A stretch of DNA of 47,002 nt from an uncultured Clostridia bacterium (GTDB lineage: Bacteria > Bacillota > Clostridia > Oscillospirales > Ruminococcaceae). Positions 32,709-41,847 of this stretch are shown here, piece by piece. Both the position numbers and the translations under genes were made by a program. Location of the stretch: positions 1 through 47,002 of the forward strand of contig CANRJZ010000001.1 of the NCBI GenBank assembly GCA_947631055.1, read 5' to 3'. Within the stretch, counting starts at the first letter, position 1. Each line of letters starts with the position of its first letter. The notes beneath the pieces are model-generated. The model did not search any database. It worked only from the letters and a program-made list of their open reading frames with translations, and was not told the origin of the DNA.

Positions 32709-33968
32709 TCACTCTTCGTAATACTTTTCCGGATCAAAATATTTGTCATCTATATTTCTTTCAAGAACTTCAAAAATATAATCGTATCCGAATGTGCTCA
32801 TGCTCCTTACACCGTGTGAATCGGCCAATTCCCGCGGATAGTCACTGAGAAAATAAAGCTTTATATTCTGGTATCTGCCCTCATAATGCGTTATGACCGG
32901 AAGAAGTTCTATATTCCTTATTATCGGGCCTTTGTCGTTCTCCGGAACGTTTTCCGTGCATACGGTGACGTCAAACTGCAATATGCCGCCGATAAGATTT
33001 TGTCCTACGCTCTGAGCGGAAATAAAATTTCCCATTGAGTATGCGCAAAGCGCAGACGAACCGTCATCACGTTCGATCTCTTCTATACCGCGCAGTACGT
33101 GCGGGTGATTTCCTATAATTATATCCGCTCCGGCGTCAGCAAGAGTTTTTGCCGTCATTCGCTGATAATCGCTGATAATGTCTGAATTTTCCACTCCCCA
33201 ATGAAGCGCAACTACGCATACGTCGGAAATTTCCTTTGCCTGTTTTATCTGCTCGCAAATAAGATCGATATCGTCCGTCCTGCCTATGACCAGCGGAGAA
33301 CCTTCCGGAAGCGACAGTCCGTTCAGCGATTCAGTGTAAGAAAGAAAGGAAAATATTACACCGTCACGTTCAAGAGTGCGTATATGACTTTCATCTTCTT
33401 TGTCGCGGTATGCGCCGCATACTACAGCTTCCGGACGGCTGTCCCAGTAATCCAGACAAGCCGAAAGTCCGTCTGTGCCTTTGTCAAGAGTATGATTGTT
33501 CGCAATGGTAAAAACGTCAAATCCTATGTCTATCATATGGTCTCCCAATTCGGGAGGACTATTGAACATGGGATACGTTGACGGCGGGAATTCTCCGTTG
33601 CAGATAAGCGTTTCCTGATTTATAACGGCAATATCGGCCGATCTTATGACTCCGGCGACATTTTCATACGGCTCGCCAAAATCATATCCTTCCCCTCCCG
33701 CGCGCCTGTTTGCCTGTTCATATATGCTCGAATGTATAAGATTGTCTCCGGTAACGGCCAAGCTTACCGTCACATACTTTGGTTCCGGTATTTCCGCTGC
33801 TTCCGTGACCATAACGGTCTCTGAAGCAGGCGCTGCACTTTCCGATATCTCCGTAAGTAGCGTTTCCGCATATGCGGGAACAGCGTCGTCTATCTTTTTG
33901 CACGAGGTACAAAAAAGCATTATCGAACATGATACAAAAAAATATAATATTCTTGACGGTAATTTCAT
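32709..33968 (-). CDS. CapA-family metallophosphatase-like protein, secreted or lipoprotein
   Basis: VTGDNLIHSSIY, IANNHTLDKG, ALHWGVEN and IGNHPHV motifs. Signal sequence ends LFCTSCKK. ATG at 33968 follows GAAAGGGG. Confidence 0.82.
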   Translation of the reverse strand: MKLPSRILYFFVSCSIMLFCTSCKKIDDAVPAYAETLLTEISESAAPASETVMVTEAAEIPEPKYVTVSLAVTGDNLIHSSIYEQANRRAGGEGYDFGEPYENVAGVIRSADIAVINQETLICNGEFPPSTYPMFNSPPELGDHMIDIGFDVFTIANNHTLDKGTDGLSACLDYWDSRPEAVVCGAYRDKEDESHIRTLERDGVIFSFLSYTESLNGLSLPEGSPLVIGRTDDIDLICEQIKQAKEISDVCVVALHWGVENSDIISDYQRMTAKTLADAGADIIIGNHPHVLRGIEEIERDDGSSALCAYSMGNFISAQSVGQNLIGGILQFDVTVCTENVPENDKGPIIRNIELLPVITHYEGRYQNIKLYFLSDYPRELADSHGVRSMSTFGYDYIFEVLERNIDDKYFDPEKYYEE

Positions 33969-34060
33969 AAAAATACCCCTTTCAACGACAGGCACCGACC
34001 TGCCACACGGTATATTATAAAACATTTTTCGGGAAATTTCAATGATTTTTAATAAATCTC

Positions 34061-34089
34061 TTGAAATAAAGAACGCGATGTATTATAAT
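34061..34089 (+). promoter_or_regulatory. Sigma-A promoter of pncA-pncB
   Basis: TTGAAA, 17-nt spacer, TATAAT. It lies inside the over-extended track ORF that starts at 34042. Confidence 0.65.
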
Positions 34090-34134
34090 GTAATCATTAA
34101 CTTATCAAATAACTGCCGAAAGGAAGAGCCTGTA

Positions 34135-34803
34135 ATGAGAAAAATTTCCGTAAACACCTGCGAAAACTGCAATATGGCTGTAAAAAGCCTGACCAATGAA
34201 ATACTGTCTTTATCTCCAATGAGCATTTCAGAGCTTGACCCGCAGAGATCCGAACTTGTCATAGTGGATATTGTGAACGGCTTTGTCCGTCAGGGAGCAA
34301 TGGCTTCTCCCCTTGTGGAAGATATCATACCGCCGGTCGTTTCACTTATGGACAAATGCACAAATGCGAATATCCCCGCAATAGCATTTGCCGACTGCCA
34401 TTGTGCCGATTGTGAAGAATTTTCCTCATTTCCGCCGCACTGCATAGAAAATACCGCCGAATCCGAGATAGTGGACGAAATAAAGTCAAAAGGCTGTTAT
34501 ACGCTTATAAAAAAGAATTCCACCAACGGCTTCCACGAAGAAGCCTTCAAAGAACATCTGACTTCGTCCGGAAAAAACACTTTTATAGTGACAGGCGACT
34601 GTACGGATATATGCGTTTTGCAGTTCTGCCTTGCACTAAAAACATTTTTTACTCAAAAAGATAAAAAATGCGAGATAATTATTCCCATAAACTGTGTCGA
34701 AACATACGATGCTCCCAACCATTCCGCCGATCTTATGAATATTGCCGCTTATAAAATAATGAAAGACAGCGGCATACGTTTCGTATCCGAAATAACAGAC
34801 TGA
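34135..34803 (+). CDS. pncA: Isochorismatase-family cysteine hydrolase, probable nicotinamidase
   Basis: LVIVDIVNGF (Asp), a conserved Lys region, and TGDCTDICVLQ (catalytic Cys). Directly upstream of pncB. Confidence 0.7.
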   Translation: MRKISVNTCENCNMAVKSLTNEILSLSPMSISELDPQRSELVIVDIVNGFVRQGAMASPLVEDIIPPVVSLMDKCTNANIPAIAFADCHCADCEEFSSFPPHCIENTAESEIVDEIKSKGCYTLIKKNSTNGFHEEAFKEHLTSSGKNTFIVTGDCTDICVLQFCLALKTFFTQKDKKCEIIIPINCVETYDAPNHSADLMNIAAYKIMKDSGIRFVSEITD

Positions 34804-34827
34804 TATTCAAATGAAAGGGGTATTTAT

Positions 34828-36273
34828 ATGAAAAACGATAACAGAAATCTTACTCTGCTGACCGATTTCTACGAACTGACCATGGCCAACGGATATTTTG
34901 AAAACGGAATGGGCGATACTATATCTTACTTTGATATGTTTTTCCGCAGTGTTCCTGACGGCGGCGGCTTTGCAATAATGTGCGGTCTGGATCAGATGAT
35001 AGAATATATGGAAAATCTCCGCTTTGACGAAGAAGATATCGCTTACCTGAAAAGCAAGGGCATTTTCAGCGAAAAATTTCTTGATTACCTGAGAAATTTC
35101 AGATTTTCCTGCGATGTCTGGGCAGTGCCGGAAGGAACGCCTATTTTCCCGAATGAACCGATAGTCACCGTAAGAGGTCCTGCTATACAGGCGCAATTCG
35201 TTGAGACTATGGTCCTTATCTGCATAAATCATCAGAGCCTTATCGCCACAAAGGCAAACCGTATAGTCCGTGCCGCCGAAGGCAGACCGGTAATGGAATT
35301 CGGATCGCGGCGCGCTCAGGGCTGCGACGGAGCGGTTTACGGCGCAAGAGCGGCTTATATAGCAGGGTGCTGCGGAACGGCATGCACTATCTCCGACAGG
35401 GACGACGGCGTTCCGGCGCTGGGAACAATGGCTCATTCATGGGTGCAGATGTTTGACAGCGAACTTGAAGCTTTCCGCGCTTATGCCAAGTGTTACCCTA
35501 ACGGAACTACCCTTCTGGTCGATACCTATAACGTGCTGAGATCGGGACTTCCCAACGCCATAACCGTTTTCAAGGAAATGCGCGACCGCGGCGAAAAGCC
35601 TGCCGGCATACGCATAGACAGCGGCGACATCACTTACCTTTCCAAGAGAGCACGTCAGATGCTGGACGACGAAGGATTCAAAGACGTAAAAATAGTCGCG
35701 TCCAATTCCCTCGATGAATACATTATACGCGATATCCTTGTTCAGGGCGCCGAAATAGACAGCTTCGGCGTCGGCGAAAGAATGATAACTTCCAGATCTG
35801 AGCCTGTTTTCGGCGGAGTATATAAACTTGCCGCGATAGAAAAAAACGGAGAGATCATACCCAAGATCAAACTTTCGGAAAACACCGTAAAAATAACCAA
35901 TCCGGATTTCAAGGAAGTATGGAGGCTCTTTGACATTTACACCGGAAAAGCTATTGCAGATGTAATAACCTGCCGCGGAGAAATAATAGACGATACAAAG
36001 CCATATGAGATCTTCGATCCGGATCATACCTACAAACGTAAAACGCTGGAGCATTTCAGCGCCGTCCGCCTTATGGAACAGATATTTGACGACGGAAAAT
36101 GTATCTATGAGCGCCCGTCTGCGGACGATATAAGAGAATACTGTTCGGCTCAGCTGGAAACTATCTGGGACGAAGTAAAAAGATTTGAAAATCCTCATAA
36201 ATATTACGTTGACCTTTCACAGAAACTCTGGGACAAGAAAAACGAGCTCCTTATGAAAGAATACAAAGCATAA
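34828..36273 (+). CDS. pncB: Nicotinate phosphoribosyltransferase
   Basis: NLTLLTDFYELTMANGYF N-terminus and GTMAHSWVQ motif. 481 aa. Confidence 0.9.
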   Translation: MKNDNRNLTLLTDFYELTMANGYFENGMGDTISYFDMFFRSVPDGGGFAIMCGLDQMIEYMENLRFDEEDIAYLKSKGIFSEKFLDYLRNFRFSCDVWAVPEGTPIFPNEPIVTVRGPAIQAQFVETMVLICINHQSLIATKANRIVRAAEGRPVMEFGSRRAQGCDGAVYGARAAYIAGCCGTACTISDRDDGVPALGTMAHSWVQMFDSELEAFRAYAKCYPNGTTLLVDTYNVLRSGLPNAITVFKEMRDRGEKPAGIRIDSGDITYLSKRARQMLDDEGFKDVKIVASNSLDEYIIRDILVQGAEIDSFGVGERMITSRSEPVFGGVYKLAAIEKNGEIIPKIKLSENTVKITNPDFKEVWRLFDIYTGKAIADVITCRGEIIDDTKPYEIFDPDHTYKRKTLEHFSAVRLMEQIFDDGKCIYERPSADDIREYCSAQLETIWDEVKRFENPHKYYVDLSQKLWDKKNELLMKEYKA

Positions 36274-36276
36274 AAC

Positions 36277-36314
36277 AAACGGCCGGAAGCGAAAATCGTT
36301 TCCGACCGTTTTAT
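36277..36314. terminator. Bidirectional terminator between pncB and the Rrf2 gene
   Basis: AAACGGCCGGAAGCGA-AAAT-TCGTTTCCGACCGTTT is a 16-bp stem with two mismatch/wobble positions, followed by TTT. Confidence 0.65.
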
Positions 36315-36322
36315 GTATATGG

Positions 36323-36718
36323 TCATATAAGCATATCAAAAGTGCAGTCTGCCAGTTTCTTTTCAACTTCGACGGATATTTCATCAAATACCCGCTGATA
36401 CTTGCATCTTCCCGACATTCCTCTGCTGCACTCAAAATCCGGCGAAAGACATCTGCTGAGACGGTATTTTCCTTCCACCGATTCGATCACTTCCATAAGG
36501 GAGATAGCGGAAGGCGGCTTAGCAAGCTCATATCCGCCGTTTTTTCCCTTGAATGACTTGACAATACCGCTTGCGGCAAGCTTGCGCAGTATTTTGAGCG
36601 CAAATCTTAACGTAACTGCCGTTTCGTCCGAGATCGCTTTTGCATCGGCTCGCTGTCCGGACGATGCAAGACAGCCTACTATACGTACCGCATAATCTGC
36701 TTCTAAAGTAATATGCAT
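36323..36718 (-). CDS. Rrf2-family transcriptional regulator (three C-terminal Cys, possible Fe-S ligands)
   Basis: MHITLEADYAVRIVGCLA and the wHTH region ISDETAVTLRFALKILRKL. Cys triad in RCLSPDFECSRGMSGRC. Confidence 0.85.
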   Translation of the reverse strand: MHITLEADYAVRIVGCLASSGQRADAKAISDETAVTLRFALKILRKLAASGIVKSFKGKNGGYELAKPPSAISLMEVIESVEGKYRLSRCLSPDFECSRGMSGRCKYQRVFDEISVEVEKKLADCTFDMLI

Positions 36719-36744
36719 AATTTACCTTTCTTACATTATGACCG

Positions 36745-37824
36745 TCAGTCAAGGAAATCCTTGACTTTTTTGCTTCTGCTCGGATGTCTCAGCTTCCTGA
36801 GCGCCTTGGCTTCTATCTGCCGAATCCTTTCACGGGTAACGTTGAACTCTTTTCCCACTTCTTCAAGAGTCCTGCTCCGTCCGTCCTCAAGTCCGAAGCG
36901 AAGTCTCAGGACTTTTTCTTCACGCTCAGTAAGCGTTGAAAGGACTTCTCCCAACTGCTCCTTCAGAAGTATGAGCGAAGCGGCTTCGGCAGGTGCAGGC
37001 GCGTCGTCGTCCGGTATAAAATCGCCCAGATGGCTGTCCTCTTCTTCGCCTATAGGAGTTTCAAGGGAAACGGGATCCTGTGCGATACGCATTATTTCCC
37101 TTACCCGCTCTACCGGCATTTCAAGAGCTTCTGCGATCTCTTCCGGAGAAGGATCGTGCCCGTTCTGGTGCAAAAGCTGGCTGGAGACCTTCTTCACTTT
37201 CGTTATAGTCTCCACCATATGGACAGGTATCCTTATGGTCCTTGCCTGATCGGCAATAGCTCTTGTTATGGCTTGTCTTATCCACCATGTAGCATATGTG
37301 GAAAATTTAAATCCCTTGGTATGATCGAATTTTTCGACTGCCTTTATAAGTCCGAGATTTCCTTCCTGTATAAGATCAAGGAACTGCATACCGCGTCCCA
37401 CATATCTTTTTGCAATTGAAACTACAAGACGCAGATTTGCTTCCGCAAGGCGTTTTTTGGCTTTCGGATCACCCTGAGCCATTCTTTCCGCAAGCTCTAT
37501 CTCCTCCTCCGCCGTAAGCAAAGGAACGCGTCCTATCTCTTTAAGATATATCTTTACCGGATCGTCAATAGCAAGACCTTCCGTAGAAAGAGAAAGTTCC
37601 AGATCGTCGTCTGTAGCGTCCAGAGGAAGTGAAAGATCCGTATCGATATTGAAATCCTCGATTATCTCAATATTGAGATTGCTGCAGTTGTCATAGAAAG
37701 CTTCCATCTGATCCACGTCGTACTCAAGTTCTTCGAGAACGTCGGTTATTTCTTTTGTAGAAAGCTTTCCGCTTGCCTTGCCCTGTTCCATAAGGCTCTC
37801 TATAGTCTTTTTATTATTTGACAT
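36745..37824 (-). CDS. rpoD: Primary RNA polymerase sigma factor (sigma-70/SigA)
   Basis: Region 2 [34 protein letters not shown] and region 4 [28 protein letters not shown]. Confidence 0.95.
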   Translation of the reverse strand: MSNNKKTIESLMEQGKASGKLSTKEITDVLEELEYDVDQMEAFYDNCSNLNIEIIEDFNIDTDLSLPLDATDDDLELSLSTEGLAIDDPVKIYLKEIGRVPLLTAEEEIELAERMAQGDPKAKKRLAEANLRLVVSIAKRYVGRGMQFLDLIQEGNLGLIKAVEKFDHTKGFKFSTYATWWIRQAITRAIADQARTIRIPVHMVETITKVKKVSSQLLHQNGHDPSPEEIAEALEMPVERVREIMRIAQDPVSLETPIGEEEDSHLGDFIPDDDAPAPAEAASLILLKEQLGEVLSTLTEREEKVLRLRFGLEDGRSRTLEEVGKEFNVTRERIRQIEAKALRKLRHPSRSKKVKDFLD

Positions 37825-37909
37825 AAATCCGATCCTTTCTTTTATGCAAATCTTGTATTCTTGCGGAAAGAGCGTGACCGGAACATTATGTTCCGCACCC
37901 TGTCCGCTT

Positions 37910-39658
37910 CTACTTCTTTTTTTTCAGTCTGTCAAAATAGTTACGGAAATCATCGTCCGAAAGAGCATTCACGTCCTGAGAATTGTCAGCGCGGTCTTTA
38001 AGAAATTTAATAAAATCATCAACGGCGGTTTTATTAATATTTACATCTTTGCTATTGACTGCAATTTCGGTTATTTTACCCATTTCATCGGCTGTAAATT
38101 CACTTTGCAGCGAAAGAATATCATAAAATCCCGAATTTTTTGACTTTTCAAGTATAGCGGCGTATATTTTCCTGTTGAAACCGGTCACAAAATCGTCCGG
38201 AGATATTTTGGACGCCACATACGTTATTTCCTCAGGATACGCGGCAAGGAACGAGATTATGCCTGTTTCGGCTTTGTATTCCTTGGAATGTCTGTATGCT
38301 TCGGGGTCTTTTTTGAATTCATTCTGGAATGTGCGTATTTCAGTCCATTCGCGTTTTTTATTCTGATCCGCACGCTTTTTTATCGTGCTGTTCACCTGCT
38401 GAAAAAGCACTTCCCGGCTTATTCTGGTCTCGTCCGATATGCGCCCGATATAAACTTCCCTTACGATAGGAGATGAGATATCAGCAAGCAGCTTTACACA
38501 TCTTTTAAGGTATTCGATCCTTCCTTCGTCTGTGCTGATATCAAGACCGTTCCTACAGCCGGCAAGTTCAAATTCTATTGCGCCTCCCGATCTGTCAAGC
38601 AGCTGACGGAATCTCATAGCGCCGAATTTTTTTATGTACTCATCGGGATCTTTAGCGCCCTCCATCTTTATTATCCGTGTTTTTACACCGGCGTCAGAAA
38701 GAAGGTTTATAGCCTTATGGGTAGCTTTCTGTCCTGCGCCGTCCGAATCGTAAGCTATTATTATCTCCTCGGCGTACCGCGACATAAGCCTTGCCTGCTC
38801 CTGTGTAAGAGCGGTGCCCAATGTAGCGACAACATTTTCAAATCCCGCCTGATTTATAGAGATAACGTCCATATAGCCTTCTGCAAGTATGAGCCGTTTT
38901 TCCTCTGACTTTTTAGCAAAATTAAGTGAGAACAGGTTCATACTTTTCTTGAATACCGGCGTATCCGAGCTGTTGAGATACTTTGGTGTTCCGTCGTCTA
39001 TGACCCGTCCGCCGAAAGCGATAACATTGCCCCTCAGATCTATTATGGGGAACATCACTCTGTCGCGGAAACGATCGTAAAGACCTCCTTTTTTTCCTCT
39101 GCTGCAAAGATCAGCCGCGATAAGTTCATCCTCACCGTATCCCTTTGAACGCATAAAATTTGTGAGACTGTACCAGTCGTTAGGTGCGTATCCGAGACCG
39201 TATTTTGTGATCGTCTTAGGCAAAAGCTGTCTTTCCGCAAAGTATCTTCTACCCTTTTCTCCCTCCGGAGAATGGGTAAGAACATTATAGTAAAATCTTG
39301 CGGCAGTGCGGTTTATTTCAAGTATCCTTGACTTCATATAAGCGGCTCTGCTGTCGGCGGAATTATCCTCCGGCATGGTCATTCCCGCACGGTCGGCAAG
39401 GAATTTTATCGCTTCAACGTAATCAAGATTTTCTATCTTCATTACAAAAGTTATGACATCTCCGCCCACGCCGCAGCCAAAACAATAAAAGCTGTTGTTT
39501 TCCGCATAGACGGTACAGGACGGCGTCTTTTCCGAGTGGAACGGACACAGGCACACGAAATTCCTGCCGCGCCTTATCAGGTTTGTATAGCCCGACATAA
39601 CGCTGTCTATGGGATTATTCATTTTCAGCTCCTGAATGAACTGGTCTGAAAAAGCCAT
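37910..39658 (-). CDS. dnaG: DNA primase
   Basis: Zinc finger [15 protein letters not shown]...[11 protein letters not shown] and TOPRIM motifs EGYMDVI / DSDGAGQKA. The start overlaps the upstream stop (TAATG). Confidence 0.95.
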   Translation of the reverse strand: MAFSDQFIQELKMNNPIDSVMSGYTNLIRRGRNFVCLCPFHSEKTPSCTVYAENNSFYCFGCGVGGDVITFVMKIENLDYVEAIKFLADRAGMTMPEDNSADSRAAYMKSRILEINRTAARFYYNVLTHSPEGEKGRRYFAERQLLPKTITKYGLGYAPNDWYSLTNFMRSKGYGEDELIAADLCSRGKKGGLYDRFRDRVMFPIIDLRGNVIAFGGRVIDDGTPKYLNSSDTPVFKKSMNLFSLNFAKKSEEKRLILAEGYMDVISINQAGFENVVATLGTALTQEQARLMSRYAEEIIIAYDSDGAGQKATHKAINLLSDAGVKTRIIKMEGAKDPDEYIKKFGAMRFRQLLDRSGGAIEFELAGCRNGLDISTDEGRIEYLKRCVKLLADISSPIVREVYIGRISDETRISREVLFQQVNSTIKKRADQNKKREWTEIRTFQNEFKKDPEAYRHSKEYKAETGIISFLAAYPEEITYVASKISPDDFVTGFNRKIYAAILEKSKNSGFYDILSLQSEFTADEMGKITEIAVNSKDVNINKTAVDDFIKFLKDRADNSQDVNALSDDDFRNYFDRLKKKK

Positions 39659-40650
39659 TAATATTTCCAGCCTTTCGGTATGAACAATTCATTATACAGA
39701 TTGACCGCATAAACATCGGTCATTCCTGCGATATAATCGCAAACGGCTCTGTGTTTATCAAATTTAGTAAGTATTTTCTTATACTCCTCCGGAAGTTTTT
39801 CCGGATATCTGAGGAAATAGGAATAAAGCTTTTCCACCAAAGCTTTTGCTTTTGCTTCTTCCGCCTTGGCAGCGGAATTCTTATATACGTTTGCAAACAT
39901 AAACGATCTTAATTCGTCATGAGCCTTTTGCACTTCCGGACTCATTCTTATATCCTGCACGCCGTTGTCAAGTATGGAAGTAATAAGCGTAGTTATCCTC
40001 TTGCTTTTGCTGTTTCCGAGGACTTTTACCGCAGACGCAGGAAGATCTTCTTCTTTAAGCATACCCGCGCGTATAGCGTCGTCTATGTCGTGATTGATAT
40101 AAGCTATTTTATCTGCGAGCCGTACAAGGTATCCTTCCTTGGTAACGGCGACCTTGTTGGTATGGCAGGCTATGCCGTTTTTGACTTCATATGTAAGATT
40201 AAGACCTTTTCCGCCGTTTTCGATGTAATCCACCACCCTCACGCTCTGAAGATAGTGCTTAAAGCCGTAAGGACATATCTCGTTGAGGATATCCTCTCCG
40301 GAATGTCCGAAAGGCGTATGACCAAGGTCATGTCCGAGGGCGATAGCTTCGGTAAGATCCTCGTTCAGGCGGAAGGCTCTTGCCATGGTCCTTGCTATCT
40401 GCGAGACTTCAAGAGTGTGGGTAAGCCTTGTTCTGTAGTGATCTCCCACCGGAGAAAGAAACACCTGTGTTTTCTGTTTCAATCTTCTGAAAGCGTTGCA
40501 GTGAAGTATCCTGTCACGGTCACGCTGGAATTCAGTCCTGATAGGGCATTTCGGCTCGCTTCGCTTGCGCCTGCCGGTACTTTTTGAAGTACAGGCGTCC
40601 TCGCACAGCATACCAAGCTCCATAATTTCGGTCTGTTCACGAATAGTCAC
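39658..40650 (-). CDS. dGTP triphosphohydrolase-like HD-domain protein
   Basis: RTRLTHTLEVSQIAR and GHDLGHTPFGHSGE HD motifs. 330 aa, translationally coupled to dnaG. Confidence 0.88.
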   Translation of the reverse strand: MTIREQTEIMELGMLCEDACTSKSTGRRKRSEPKCPIRTEFQRDRDRILHCNAFRRLKQKTQVFLSPVGDHYRTRLTHTLEVSQIARTMARAFRLNEDLTEAIALGHDLGHTPFGHSGEDILNEICPYGFKHYLQSVRVVDYIENGGKGLNLTYEVKNGIACHTNKVAVTKEGYLVRLADKIAYINHDIDDAIRAGMLKEEDLPASAVKVLGNSKSKRITTLITSILDNGVQDIRMSPEVQKAHDELRSFMFANVYKNSAAKAEEAKAKALVEKLYSYFLRYPEKLPEEYKKILTKFDKHRAVCDYIAGMTDVYAVNLYNELFIPKGWKY

Positions 40651-40687
40651 AGCGCGTCCCTCCCGCAGATCATCATCGGAATGTTTC

Positions 40688-41323
40688 TCATGCGAAATTG
40701 CCGAAACATTCTTCCGATCGTTCTATATTTATATTTCCGTTTGTAAGGTCGATGATCTTTTCTTCAAATTTATCCGAAAGCTCCGACTTTACCAGAAGCT
40801 CAACGGAAACATTTTCAGCAAATACCGTATCTTCCGTTTTGACTTCAAAATCGGAAAAAACATAATTTATTTTACCGTAAAGGTTATAATCAACGGTTAT
40901 TTTCATAGGTATGCACTTATGCATTATCAGGCGTTCAGCCGCGTCAAGGGCAATTTTTGCGCTGTGGGAATAAGCCCGCACCAGACCTCCGCCGCCGAGA
41001 AGTATCCCGCCGAAATATCTTGTCACCACACAGCAAACGTCTGTAACGCCCTCCTTCATAAGGACGTCCAGCACCGGAACGCCTGCCGTTCCCTGCGGTT
41101 CGCCGTCGTCGGAATATCTTGAAGCCGAGCCTTCCCGCAGGATATAGGCATAAACGTTATGTGTTGCTTTTCTGTGTTTTGCCCTTATTTCGTTGATAAA
41201 GCTCACAGCCTCATCGCCGGTCTCCACATGGGCTATATAACCGATAAATTCGGACTTTTTTTCTGTAAACGACGCTTCCGCGCGTCCCTTGACCGTAGAA
41301 TATCCGTTATCAGCACTGCTCAT
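40688..41323 (-). CDS. YigZ / IMPACT-family protein (UPF0029)
   Basis: KSEFIGYIAHV, KATHNVYAYI, DDGEPQGTAG and ILLGGGGLVRAY motifs. Confidence 0.85.
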   Translation of the reverse strand: MSSADNGYSTVKGRAEASFTEKKSEFIGYIAHVETGDEAVSFINEIRAKHRKATHNVYAYILREGSASRYSDDGEPQGTAGVPVLDVLMKEGVTDVCCVVTRYFGGILLGGGGLVRAYSHSAKIALDAAERLIMHKCIPMKITVDYNLYGKINYVFSDFEVKTEDTVFAENVSVELLVKSELSDKFEEKIIDLTNGNINIERSEECFGNFA

Positions 41324-41345
41324 AGAAAACTCCGCAAAATATCAT

Positions 41346-41382
41346 CTGAAAAAATCAAGCCTGCGTAAGCTATACGCAGGCT
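41346..41382 (-). terminator. rpmE terminator
   Basis: AGCCTGCGTA-AGCTA-TACGCAGGCT is a perfect 10-bp stem. On the minus strand it is followed by UUGAUUUUUUC. Confidence 0.85.
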
Positions 41383-41389
41383 GTCCGAA

Positions 41390-41593
41390 TTACTTATCCA
41401 AACCGAAACGCTTTTTGAATCTGTCTACACGTCCGCCTGTATCAACAAGCTTCTGCCTGCCGGTATAGAATGGATGACACTTGGAGCATATTTCGACTCT
41501 GATATTCTCCTTGGTGGAACGTGTTTTAATAACATTTCCGCAAGCGCAGGTAATAGTAGTTTCCTTGTAATCGGGATGAATACCTGATTTCAT
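41390..41593 (-). CDS. rpmE: 50S ribosomal protein L31 (Zn-binding type)
   Basis: [20 protein letters not shown]...[10 protein letters not shown]. The ATG at 41593 follows GAGGTG; the track start at 41608 is a GTG inside the RBS. Confidence 0.95.
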   Translation of the reverse strand: MKSGIHPDYKETTITCACGNVIKTRSTKENIRVEICSKCHPFYTGRQKLVDTGGRVDRFKKRFGLDK

Positions 41594-41681
41594 TGACGAG
41601 CACCTCACTTTCTCCGATAATATATGATCGCATAGCAGCCCATCACACGCTATCGGACAGTAGTGCTACATAAATCACTTA
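41594..41681 (-). promoter_or_regulatory. Structured rpmE 5' leader (candidate L31 autoregulatory leader)
   Basis: On the minus strand, CCGAUA..UAUCGG and AUAGC..GCUAU helices form. AGCACU is complementary to GGUGCU, which overlaps the SD GAGGUG. Confidence 0.35.
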
Positions 41682-41687
41682 CGTTTT

Positions 41688-41716
41688 ATTATAACACGTT
41701 CATATATTTTTGTCAA
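41688..41716 (-). promoter_or_regulatory. Consensus sigma-A promoter of rpmE
   Basis: Minus strand: TTGACA (41716-41711), 17-nt spacer, TGT-TATAAT (41693-41688). Confidence 0.75.
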
Positions 41717-41780
41717 TAGTTTTTTACAAATTTTTAAGGAGATCCTGCATAGACCTTTCCGATATCGCTTTATAAGCTAT

Positions 41781-41816
41781 AATTCCCCGCCTTTGAGTAC
41801 ACAAAGACGGGGAATT
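41781..41816 (-). terminator. Terminator of the Tyr-rich secreted protein gene
   Basis: A 15-bp stem AATTCCCCG(T/C)CTTTG. The single odd position is a G-U pair only on the minus-strand RNA. Confidence 0.7.
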
Positions 41817-41847
41817 ATTCATTTTATATGGTCATATTTTCGCGGGA

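Noticed and set aside
32709-33968. CapA as evidence for a poly-gamma-glutamate capsule locus
   Set aside because: No capB or capC (pgsB/pgsC) partners are present. Orphan CapA-family metallophosphatase-like proteins are widespread.
39658-40650. The dGTPase-like HD protein as an anti-phage dNTP-depletion defence gene
   Set aside because: It is translationally coupled to dnaG within the conserved primase/sigma operon and sits in a housekeeping context. No defence-island neighbours are present.
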